Assembly (NCBI GenBank): GCA_001823925.1
Contig: MHWB01000011.1
Coordinates: forward strand, 25,471-89,470
Length of the DNA stretch: 64,000 bases
From: Candidatus Zambryskibacteria bacterium RIFCSPLOWO2_01_FULL_39_39
GTDB taxonomy: Bacteria > Patescibacteriota > Minisyncoccia > Phycocordibacterales > WO2-35-19
Direction of reading: 5' to 3'
In this document: positions 36,951 through 45,477 of the stretch, in pieces
Layout of the letters: every line of letters begins with the position of its first letter
Position numbering within the stretch: the first letter of the stretch is position 1
Notes under the pieces: model-generated
The model's database searches: none
The model's input: only the letters and a program-made list of their open reading frames with translations
What the model was told of the DNA's origin: nothing
Program-made: the position numbers and the translations under genes

Positions 36951-37994
36951 ATGGCACAAAATATGTCAAGGAATAACAAGGAAAACAATACGGGGGGTGC
37001 AGAGGATAAGGATTTTGAATTTATTGATCAAACTTTGCGACCTTCTAAGTGGGACGAGTATATTGGTCAAGAAAACATCAAAAAAAATCTACAAATCCTT
37101 TTGGATGCCGCCAAGGAACGCAATCACCCACCAGAACATCTCTTATTTTACGGTCCACCCGGTCTTGGTAAAACCACTTTGGCCCATCTTATAGCCAAAG
37201 AAACCAGTAGTCAAATGCGTTCCACCTCCGGCCCAGCCATTGAAAAAGTTGGGGACTTAGCTTCTATACTTACTAATTTATCTCCTGGCGATATTCTGTT
37301 TATAGACGAGATTCACCGACTAAACAAATCTATTGAAGAGGTACTCTACCCCGCAATGGAATCAAGATCGTTAGATATTATTATTGGCAAAGGTCCTTCT
37401 GCCCGAACCATTCAACTTGAACTTCCCGCTTTTACTTTAATAGGAGCTACCACCAGGGTCGCTATGCTCTCTTCTCCTTTGCGTTCCAGATTCTCTGGTG
37501 GTGTTTTCCGACTTGAATTTTACAACCCAGATGAAATTATACAAATAATTAAACGTTCGGCAAATATTTTGGGGGTCTCCTTGTCTAGGGTGGCCGCAGA
37601 ATCTATCGCTGAAAGAAGTCGTTTTACACCAAGGACAGCCAACTATCTTTTAAAAAGAGCTAGAGACTATGCTCAGATCCAAAAAAGAGACATTGATGAG
37701 AGTATAGTTTCCGAAGCATTTAATCTTTTGGGTGTAGATACTGCTGGACTAAATGCCTCCGACCGATCACTTCTGTTAACCATAGCCAAAAAATTTGCCG
37801 GCGGACCGGTAGGACTTAACACTTTGGCCGCTTCCCTTTCCGAAGAAGAAGCAACCATTGAGGAATTTAACGAACCCTACCTTTTACAAATCGGGTTTGT
37901 GGAAAGAACTCCTCGCGGACGCACCCTCACCAAACATGCCTATAAACACTTGGGGTTAGATTTTCCAAAAGAAAAACAAGAAAAATTATTGTAA
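36951..37994 (+). CDS. ruvB: Holliday-junction helicase RuvB (the ORF track start 36885 is probably a spurious extension)
   Basis: LLFYGPPGLGKTTLAHLIAKE; sensor motifs. Confidence 0.9.
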   Translation: MAQNMSRNNKENNTGGAEDKDFEFIDQTLRPSKWDEYIGQENIKKNLQILLDAAKERNHPPEHLLFYGPPGLGKTTLAHLIAKETSSQMRSTSGPAIEKVGDLASILTNLSPGDILFIDEIHRLNKSIEEVLYPAMESRSLDIIIGKGPSARTIQLELPAFTLIGATTRVAMLSSPLRSRFSGGVFRLEFYNPDEIIQIIKRSANILGVSLSRVAAESIAERSRFTPRTANYLLKRARDYAQIQKRDIDESIVSEAFNLLGVDTAGLNASDRSLLLTIAKKFAGGPVGLNTLAASLSEEEATIEEFNEPYLLQIGFVERTPRGRTLTKHAYKHLGLDFPKEKQEKLL

Positions 37995-38068
37995 TTAAGG
38001 ATTAATTATTTTCCTCTGGTTTTAAGTACCAAACGAGAAGTGTTTAAAACTCAATCTATCTAAGCCTA

Positions 38069-38422
38069 TTAAACCAGATGACTCCTTATTTTATCTAAAA
38101 CCTTTTCTGTATCATTATCCACTTCGATATTTGGGATCCTTAAAATTTTATAACCAAGCTCTTTGAAAAATTTGTCTCTTACGGCATCATATTCTTTTGC
38201 TTCTCTTGTATTGTGAATTTTCCCATCAAGCTCAACGATTAATTTTCCCTTGGCACAATAAAAATCCAAAATATACCCACCTATACTATATTGTCTTTTA
38301 AACCTGAAACCAAGTTTTTTATTTCTTAACTCTTCCCACAATAAATTTTCTTTAGGGGTAGCATTTTGACGCAACTCTCTTCTTCTGTCTCCTAATTCTA
38401 ATATGTTGTGGATTAATTTCAT
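38069..38422 (-). CDS. DUF559 / Vsr-like endonuclease-domain protein (paralog 1)
   Basis: 117 aa; GGYILDFYC...VELDG..H motif; ~55% identical to the 43427-43783 product. Confidence 0.7.
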   Translation of the reverse strand: MKLIHNILELGDRRRELRQNATPKENLLWEELRNKKLGFRFKRQYSIGGYILDFYCAKGKLIVELDGKIHNTREAKEYDAVRDKFFKELGYKILRIPNIEVDNDTEKVLDKIRSHLV

Positions 38423-38424
38423 AA

Positions 38425-38518
38425 AAAGTCCTCACCCCTTATCCCCTCTCCTTGGCAAGGAGAGGGGGCGAGTAATCTTCTACATTATACTAAAATCTAG
38501 ATTGGGGTGAGGACTTTT
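38425..38518. mobile_element. GC-rich TIR-bounded palindromic element (copy B), complete, abutting the DUF559 start codon
   Basis: TIR aaagtcctcacccc / ggggtgaggacttt; inner hairpin cccctctcc-ttggcaa-ggagagggg. Confidence 0.7.
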
Positions 38519-38562
38519 TAAAATAGGTGTTTGAAAATTGAGATTAGTGATATATTACTCTT

Positions 38563-39099
38563 ATGTCAGGACATAATAAATGGTCAAAGATAAAAAATAA
38601 AAAAGCTGTTACAGATGCTCAAAAAAGTAAAATTTTTGGTAAACTGGTAAGGTTTATCAGTGTAGAATCTAAAAAAGCTAAAGGAGATGTAAACGCTCCC
38701 GGACTTAGGACGGCCATAGAAAAAGCCAAGGAAGCCAACGTGCCGAGCGACAACATTGAGAGAGCTATCAAAAAGGGGGTGGGTGGTGAAGGGGGAGAAA
38801 TGGAACAAATTGTTTATGAAAGCTACGGCCCCGGAGGCTCCGCTTTGATTATTGAGGCTTTGACAGAAAATAGAAACAGAGCTGCCCAAGAAATAAAACA
38901 CATTCTCTCAAAAAATGGATTTGAGCTGGCGGTACCCGGATCAGCCACATGGGCCTTTGAAAAACAAGTTGGAGGAAGTGGCTGGTTACCCAAAAACACC
39001 ACCCCTATATCCGAAGAAGACGGCACAAAACTTTCTAATTTAATAGAAGAACTTGAAGAAAATGATGAGGTCCAAGAAGTTTTTACAAATGCAGAATAA
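38563..39099 (+). CDS. yebC: YebC/PmpR family regulator (short form, 178 aa)
   Basis: MSGHNKWSKIKNKK N-terminus; GPGG motif; lacks ~60 aa relative to the E. coli YebC length. Confidence 0.75.
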   Translation: MSGHNKWSKIKNKKAVTDAQKSKIFGKLVRFISVESKKAKGDVNAPGLRTAIEKAKEANVPSDNIERAIKKGVGGEGGEMEQIVYESYGPGGSALIIEALTENRNRAAQEIKHILSKNGFELAVPGSATWAFEKQVGGSGWLPKNTTPISEEDGTKLSNLIEELEENDEVQEVFTNAE

Positions 39100-39586
39100 A
39101 AATATTATTCTTGGAATTGACCCTGGATACGGGAGAGTTGGTATTGCTATCATTGAAAAAACAAACAAGTGCGAGAGGTTAATCCATTCGGAATGTTTTG
39201 AAACTGATGTCAAATTACCTCATTTTAAAAGACTGCTTTTAATAGGAGAAAAAATTAAAGAAATAATAAAATATTATAAACCGTGGTGTGTGGCAGTTGA
39301 AACCCTACTTTGGAGCAAGAACAAAAAGACGGCCTTACAGGTGGCCGAAGCGCGCGGAGTGATATTGTTTGAAGTAGCCAGAGCTAATATTGTTTTAAGA
39401 GAATTTAATCCAAATCAAATTAAATTGGCGATAACTGGCTACGGCAAAAGTGATAAAAAACAAGTGATTAATATGGTAGAAAAACTAGTAAAGATAATCC
39501 CAAAAAAAAGACATGACGACGAGTATGACGCCATCGCGACCGCCCTCACTTGTGCCGCTATTTCATTATCCACAGATATACCTTAG
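39089..39586 (+). CDS. ruvC: Crossover-junction endodeoxyribonuclease RuvC
   Basis: ILGIDPGYGRVGIAI; conserved yebC-ruvC order; start overlaps the yebC stop. Confidence 0.85.
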   Translation: MQNKNIILGIDPGYGRVGIAIIEKTNKCERLIHSECFETDVKLPHFKRLLLIGEKIKEIIKYYKPWCVAVETLLWSKNKKTALQVAEARGVILFEVARANIVLREFNPNQIKLAITGYGKSDKKQVINMVEKLVKIIPKKRHDDEYDAIATALTCAAISLSTDIP

Positions 39587-39689
39587 GGTTATTGCAAAAT
39601 AATTTCAATATGATAAAAAGTATTAACTTAGCATTGCTTTTAGTATTAAAAATTTAAAGTTATGTTAAGAATTAAAAATAATTTAAAAC

Positions 39690-39818
39690 TATGGACGACG
39701 ATGATCGACAAATAGATCCAGTAGACGAAGTCGCCGATGAGGAAGCGGACGAGTTAGAAGAGGGGGCAACAAAAGGAATCCCAGCAGAAGACGAGGATGA
39801 TGTTGATGACGATATGTA
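39690..39818 (+). CDS. Putative 42-aa highly acidic peptide (MDDDDRQIDPVDEVADEEADELEEGATKGIPAEDEDDVDDDM)
   Basis: ORF followed 20 bp later by a strong intrinsic terminator; below the ORF-track size cutoff. Confidence 0.3.
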
Positions 39819-39838
39819 GTGATCTTTGGTCCAAATAA

Positions 39839-39874
39839 AAAACATCGCTACATTACTAGCGATGTTTTTTATTT
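39839..39874. terminator. Bidirectional intrinsic terminator aaaacatcgcta-cattac-tagcgatgtttt plus T-run
   Basis: 12-bp perfect stem with A/T runs on both sides. Confidence 0.7.
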
Positions 39875-39891
39875 TTAAAAAAATTTCAGTT

Positions 39892-41127
39892 TTAATTTGA
39901 TTTTATAATTACAAAAGTTTTCTTGCCTATTTTTATTTTTCTTTCTCCCCCCCCCACCACTTCATTGAAATCACTTATTTTTTTATCCGGCAAACTTGTT
40001 TGATCCGATACCGCGCCAGCCTCTATCAAGCGACGAAATTCTGATTTTGATTCTATAGTTTTATCGTTGACCAAAATGTCTATCATTTTTTCTGCTTTCG
40101 ATGCATTTATCACCCGAGCATCTTCCGGAAATTCGCCCTTACCAAAGGTACTCTCAAAATTTTCCCCTGCTCTTTCAGCTTCTTTTTCTCCGTGGTACAT
40201 CTTTACTATTTCTTTGGCTAATTTCATTTTTATATCTTTGGGATTAAGGCCACCAGCAAGCTTTTTTGACATCTCTTTTATATCATCCAGAGAAACATCG
40301 GTAATCATCTCAAAACCACTAATTATAAGGTCATCGTTCCAACTCATTACTTTACCAAACATATCTTCGGGGGTTTGATCTAAGGAAACCATATTACCTT
40401 CGGTCTTACCCATTTTGCTACCACTAGAATCAATTAAAAGTTTGGTGGTCAAAACAAATTTTTCTTTGTTTTTTAAAGTCTTCATCAAATCTCTTCCAAC
40501 AAGCATATTAAAGGTTTGATCGTTACCGCCCACCTCACCATCCACATCCATAGCCACACTGTCATAACCCTGCATAAGCGGGTACATTAATTCATGAATG
40601 TAAACAGATTTTTCATCTTGTTCCCTGCGACGGAACATTTCTCTTTTCATCATTTGCTCCACCGTTGCTTGTGAGGCCAACTCTAAAACATCAAAAAGGG
40701 TCATCTTGCCAAACCACTCTGAATTGTATTTAATTGTGGCAGGATTAGTCCCACCAAAATCAATAAACTTTGAGGCCTGCTTCTTGTATTCCTTGAGATT
40801 ATTTAAAATCTCATTATGGGTCAGTTTTTTGCGAACTGCCGTTTTATCCGTAGGATCGCCAATCATAGCAGTAAAATCGCCCATAAGTAGTATAATTTGA
40901 TGACCAAGTTTTTGGAATTCTCCTAATTTTTTAAGTGGAATAACGTGGCCCAAGTGTAGGGTTTCGCCGGTTGGATCGATACCTAAATACAAAGAGAGTC
41001 TTTCTCCTTTTATTAATCTCGCTTTTAGAAAATTAAAATTGGGAAATATATTTTCTACCCCCCTCTTTAAAAGTTCATCTACTTTTTCTTCGTCAACTAT
41101 TACTTTTGATTTAGTAAGCCCAAACAT
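39892..41127 (-). CDS. tyrS: Tyrosyl-tRNA synthetase
   Basis: HIGH motif (LHLGH); KMGKTEG (KMSKS); C-terminal S4-like domain. Confidence 0.9.
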   Translation of the reverse strand: MFGLTKSKVIVDEEKVDELLKRGVENIFPNFNFLKARLIKGERLSLYLGIDPTGETLHLGHVIPLKKLGEFQKLGHQIILLMGDFTAMIGDPTDKTAVRKKLTHNEILNNLKEYKKQASKFIDFGGTNPATIKYNSEWFGKMTLFDVLELASQATVEQMMKREMFRRREQDEKSVYIHELMYPLMQGYDSVAMDVDGEVGGNDQTFNMLVGRDLMKTLKNKEKFVLTTKLLIDSSGSKMGKTEGNMVSLDQTPEDMFGKVMSWNDDLIISGFEMITDVSLDDIKEMSKKLAGGLNPKDIKMKLAKEIVKMYHGEKEAERAGENFESTFGKGEFPEDARVINASKAEKMIDILVNDKTIESKSEFRRLIEAGAVSDQTSLPDKKISDFNEVVGGGERKIKIGKKTFVIIKSN

Positions 41128-41182
41128 GTTAAAACATTACCATAATTTCGTTTTTTGGCATAATCTGGCATAATGTACAAGA

Positions 41183-43336
41183 ATGATTGGGGAATTTATA
41201 AAAAAACACAAACAAATTATAAAAACACTACTAACACTGTCACTATCAGCTTTTTTGGTGTTGGGAGCTATAACTATTTTTTGGATAAGTTCCTTTAAGG
41301 TGCCGACGTCCGAATCAATAAGAGAAAGGAGGATAATCGAATCAACAAAAATATACGACCGGACCGGAAAAGTACTTTTGTACGACACGGGTGATAATGT
41401 CAGAAGAAGCATTGTATCTATCGAAGAAATATCAAGAAATATAAAGAATGCCACTATCGCCATAGAGGATAGAGAATTTTATGGCCACTCCGGAGTTAAG
41501 CCAACCGCTTTTATAAGAGCCACCTTGGTAAACATCTTGTCTTTAAATTTTTCTCAGGGTGGTTCTACCATTACCCAACAAGTAGTTAAAAACTCTCTAC
41601 TTACTTCCGAAAAACTTATTTCAAGAAAATTAAAAGAGTGGGTGCTCGCTATCAAATTGGAGCAGGTGGCAACTAAAGACGAGATCCTTTCAATGTATCT
41701 AAATGAAATACCCTATGGTGGTGTTATTTATGGAGTGGAAGAAGCGAGTGGAGCCTTCTTTAATAAAAAATCCAAAGATGTAAGTTTAGCCGAGGCGGCA
41801 TATTTGGCGGCACTACCGAAAGCGCCGACATTTTATTCTCCGTATGGTAAAAACAAAGAAAAACTGGAGGAGAGGAAAAATTTGGTTTTAAGAGAGATGC
41901 TTCGCAACAACTTTATTACAGAGGAAGAATATAATCAGGGCATAAAAGAAGAAGTTTCTTTTACAGTTAAGGGTGATTCTAGTATCAAAGCCCCTCATTT
42001 TGTTTTTTATGTAATCGAATATCTTAAAAAAAAATATGGTGATGAAATTATAAACAGTGGAGGTTTGCGGGTCACAACTTCTTTAAATTATGACCTGCAA
42101 TCAATTGGTGAAAAGATAGCTTATGATTATGCTCTAGAAAATAAGAAGAAGTTTAACGCAGAAAACATTTCTATTGTAGCCACAGACCCAAAAACCGGAG
42201 AAATACTGACCATGGTTGGGTCAAGGAATTATTTTGATAAAGAAATTGATGGGGCTTTTAATGTAAGTTTGGCTAAAAGACAGCCCGGATCTACCATCAA
42301 ACCTTTTGTTTACGCTGAAGCCTTTTATAAAGGCTTCAGCCCAGAAACGGTTGTCTTTGATTTAAAGACTCAATTTTCAACTATGTGTGCCCCAAACAAT
42401 TTAACAATGGACAACGGGTGTTATGCACCAGACAACTATGACAATGTTTTTAGGGGACCAATTACACTAAGAAATGCTTTGGCTCAATCTATCAACGTAC
42501 CTTCGGTAAAAGTTTTATATTTAGCCGGCCTAAGTGAATCTATACGATTGGCAAGAGATATGGGTATAGAATCTTTGAGTAATAAGGGAGATTATGGACT
42601 CACTTTGGTTTTGGGGGGTGGCGAGGTCACTCCACTTGAACTAACAGCAGGCTACGGAGTTTTTGCAAATAACGGTATAAAAACAAATATTACCCCCGTT
42701 ATTGAAATAAAAAATAAAAACGGAGAAATTTTAGAAAAGCATGATCCCAAACCAATTCAGGTCTTAGATAAAGAAATTGCTTTAAAAATATCAAGCATTC
42801 TTTCTGACAACGAAGCTCGAGCACCGTCATTTGGTCAAACTTCAGCTTTGTATTTTTCAAACAGAGATGTGGCTGTAAAAACGGGTACCACCAACAACTA
42901 CAAAGATGCTTGGATAATGGGTTATACTCCAAATATAGCGGTGGGTAGTTGGGCTGGCAATAACGACAACACCCCAATGGAGAAAAAAGTGGCTGGTTTT
43001 ATTGTAGCTCCGGTTTGGAGAGCTTTTATGGATCAAGCTTTGGCCAAGATACCAGACGAACAATTTGAGGAACCTTTAGTTGGAGATAAATCTAAAACAA
43101 AGCCAGTTTTACAAGGTATTTGGCAAGGGGGCATCTTGGCCACTTCAACATCTGGAGTGTCGACTGTTTCGGGGGGTGTCCACTCTATCTTAAATTGGGT
43201 AAACAAAGACGACCCTAATGGATCTTACCCAGAAAATCCATCTGTAGACCCTCAATTTGAACGCTGGGAATACGGCGTCCGCATCTGGGCACAAGATCAT
43301 GGCCTTTCTAACGATTTACCGTTTACATTAGATTAA
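41183..43336 (+). CDS. Class A penicillin-binding protein (glycosyltransferase plus transpeptidase)
   Basis: GT51 motifs (ATIAIEDREFYGHSG); transpeptidase STIKP; KTGTT. Confidence 0.85.
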   Translation: MIGEFIKKHKQIIKTLLTLSLSAFLVLGAITIFWISSFKVPTSESIRERRIIESTKIYDRTGKVLLYDTGDNVRRSIVSIEEISRNIKNATIAIEDREFYGHSGVKPTAFIRATLVNILSLNFSQGGSTITQQVVKNSLLTSEKLISRKLKEWVLAIKLEQVATKDEILSMYLNEIPYGGVIYGVEEASGAFFNKKSKDVSLAEAAYLAALPKAPTFYSPYGKNKEKLEERKNLVLREMLRNNFITEEEYNQGIKEEVSFTVKGDSSIKAPHFVFYVIEYLKKKYGDEIINSGGLRVTTSLNYDLQSIGEKIAYDYALENKKKFNAENISIVATDPKTGEILTMVGSRNYFDKEIDGAFNVSLAKRQPGSTIKPFVYAEAFYKGFSPETVVFDLKTQFSTMCAPNNLTMDNGCYAPDNYDNVFRGPITLRNALAQSINVPSVKVLYLAGLSESIRLARDMGIESLSNKGDYGLTLVLGGGEVTPLELTAGYGVFANNGIKTNITPVIEIKNKNGEILEKHDPKPIQVLDKEIALKISSILSDNEARAPSFGQTSALYFSNRDVAVKTGTTNNYKDAWIMGYTPNIAVGSWAGNNDNTPMEKKVAGFIVAPVWRAFMDQALAKIPDEQFEEPLVGDKSKTKPVLQGIWQGGILATSTSGVSTVSGGVHSILNWVNKDDPNGSYPENPSVDPQFERWEYGVRIWAQDHGLSNDLPFTLD

Positions 43337-43351
43337 ATTTTTACCGCTACA

Positions 43352-43887
43352 AACCTCACCCCATCCGACTTGCGTCGGATTGCCCCTCTCCTAGAAGCAG
43401 GAGAGGGGGAAGAAAAAAGATAAAAAATGAAATGGATACATAATAATCAAAGTCTTCGTGACAGAAGAAAAGAATTAAGAAAAAATTCTACTAGATCGGA
43501 ACAAGATCTGTGGTTTGAATTAAGAAATAGTAAATCGGGGGTCAAGTTTAAAAGACAACATAGTGTTGGTGGATATATCGCTGATTTTTATTGTCAGAAG
43601 CACAATCTTATTATTGAAGTGGATGGAGAAATTCATAATTCAAAAGAGGCTCAAGAATATGATATGGTTAGAGATAAATATTTTACAGAACTTGGATATA
43701 GAGTGCTTAGAATACACAATAACGAAGTAGACAAAGATATAGAAAAGGTTTTAGATAAAATTAAAAGTTATTTTGTTAATTAAGATGGGTTATGTCAACT
43801 TAATTGGGTAATTAAGTTTTTTCTTTATTTCTCCCCTCTCCTGCTTCTAGGAGAGGGGCAGATCCCGAAAGGGATCGGGGTGAGGTT
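43352..43887. mobile_element. Composite GC-rich TIR element containing a DUF559 endonuclease gene: 11-bp perfect TIR aacctcacccc / ggggtgaggtt with paired internal hairpins flanking the gene
   Basis: Left end 43352-43410 (TIR plus hairpins atccgac..gtcggat and cccctctcc..ggagagggg); right end 43831-43887 (cccctctcc..ggagagggg, gatccc..gggatc, TIR). Confidence 0.5.
43427..43783 (+). CDS. DUF559 / Vsr-like endonuclease-domain protein (paralog 2)
   Basis: 118 aa; GGYIADFYC...IEVDGEIH motif. Confidence 0.7.
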   Translation: MKWIHNNQSLRDRRKELRKNSTRSEQDLWFELRNSKSGVKFKRQHSVGGYIADFYCQKHNLIIEVDGEIHNSKEAQEYDMVRDKYFTELGYRVLRIHNNEVDKDIEKVLDKIKSYFVN

Positions 43888-44134
43888 AGATAATCTTCAA
43901 AAAGATTTTTGAAGATTTTAGCGAGTTTTCAATTTGAGATTGGTGCATAAAAATTTCGTTTCTGAAGACGGGGTTGCAATTTATTTTTAAATTGTCTCCT
44001 TTTATTTCTAACATTTCTTTGGAAAGTTCTATATCTGTTTCTTTTTTTATTGTCTCTAAAATTACAGACAATTTTGTATTATTATCCCTTTCAAGATTTA
44101 AAAATTTATGAAGAAACCCTGATATGTTGTACAT
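43886..44134 (-). CDS. DUF721/DciA-like small protein downstream of dnaN
   Basis: 82 aa; position after dnaN; weak similarity to the DUF721 pattern. Confidence 0.3.
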   Translation of the reverse strand: MYNISGFLHKFLNLERDNNTKLSVILETIKKETDIELSKEMLEIKGDNLKINCNPVFRNEIFMHQSQIENSLKSSKIFLKII

Positions 44135-44146
44135 ATTATAAGATCT

Positions 44147-45268
44147 TTATCTATTCATTGGCATCACAATATAAAGAAAGCTTTTGTCTGTCGCACCACT
44201 AATGGCTAATGGTTTGCCCATGCCACCAAAATTTAGGACTAAACTGTCAGAAGGAATGGATTGTATGCAATCTATTATGTATTTACTGTTAAAATTTAAT
44301 TCAATATCGTCCCCAGAAACTAGAGCATTTATAGACTCTTTAGATTCACCTATATCATTGTTTTTTGACTCTATATTTAATAGTTTATTTTTAATATCCA
44401 CTTTTAATTTAACTTGGTTTAAAGAGTCTGAAAAAATATTTGATGTTTTTATTGAATTTATAAGGTCATTTTTTAAAATTGTTATAGTAGTACCAAACGT
44501 TTTTGGTATTATTTGTTTGTAATCTGGAAAAGACCCATCTATAAGCCTTGAGACCACATACATATCTGGAGCAATAAAAGCCGCTTGGTTTCTATCAAAA
44601 ATAATACTTATATCTCCATTAAAATCATCAAATAGTTTTATAATTTCTGAAACATTTTTATAAGGGATGAGGGTTTGAGGAAAATCAACAATATTTTTGA
44701 TGTTAACTTTTTTCTCTGCCAAACGAAATGAGTCAGTGGAAACAAAAACCAAACCACCATCTTCTTTAAACACATATACACTTGATAGTTCTGGTTTAAT
44801 GCTTGAGTTTGAGGCGCTGTACCAAACAGATTTAAATCCAGAAATAAGATCATGACAATTTATTTTTATTAGCTTTTCGTCCTCATTTATTGATGAGTTT
44901 GGCACAAGTTTTGGAATACTTGGGAAATCTTCGTATGGTAAACATTTAATAACTACTGAATTTTTATTTGATGATATTTTAAGATTATTATCTTTGGTTT
45001 CAAAAGTTAATCTTTCATCTTTAATTGAAGATAATACACCTAATAAAATGTTTGCTGGAACAGCTAAACACCCTTTTTCTATTGTTTTAATTTTTGTTTC
45101 TATTTCTACACCAATATCTAAATTTGTAGATTTTACTATTAATTTATTATCACTTAAAACATCAAAATAAACACAAGAAAGAACTGGTAATGTTAAGTGT
45201 TTGTTAGCTAATTTGGATGTTTTTTGGATAACAACTTCTATTTTTGATTTATCACACTCTATTTTCAT
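44147..45268 (-). CDS. dnaN: DNA polymerase III beta sliding clamp
   Basis: 373 aa; three-domain clamp pattern; follows dnaA. Confidence 0.85.
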   Translation of the reverse strand: MKIECDKSKIEVVIQKTSKLANKHLTLPVLSCVYFDVLSDNKLIVKSTNLDIGVEIETKIKTIEKGCLAVPANILLGVLSSIKDERLTFETKDNNLKISSNKNSVVIKCLPYEDFPSIPKLVPNSSINEDEKLIKINCHDLISGFKSVWYSASNSSIKPELSSVYVFKEDGGLVFVSTDSFRLAEKKVNIKNIVDFPQTLIPYKNVSEIIKLFDDFNGDISIIFDRNQAAFIAPDMYVVSRLIDGSFPDYKQIIPKTFGTTITILKNDLINSIKTSNIFSDSLNQVKLKVDIKNKLLNIESKNNDIGESKESINALVSGDDIELNFNSKYIIDCIQSIPSDSLVLNFGGMGKPLAISGATDKSFLYIVMPMNR

Positions 45269-45477
45269 TTTAGTTTTCTTATTAAATTATTATTTTTTAA
45301 CTCCTATATATCTGTGGATATGTGGATGAATTTTTAAATCTTTATTTTTTAACATACTATTGATTTTTAAATTTAAAAATTATGTTTATAATTTGATTGT
45401 TACTGATTTATTTTTTTAAATCTTTATTTTTTAAAAACAACTACTACACATATTATAAACATCTTATAAACACATAA
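45269..45477. promoter_or_regulatory. Putative oriC region between dnaA and dnaN: AT-rich, with tandem DnaA-box-like motifs TGTGGATA / TGTGGATGA at 45313-45329
   Basis: Matches the reverse complement of the TTATCCACA consensus; AT-rich unwinding-like stretch. Confidence 0.45.
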
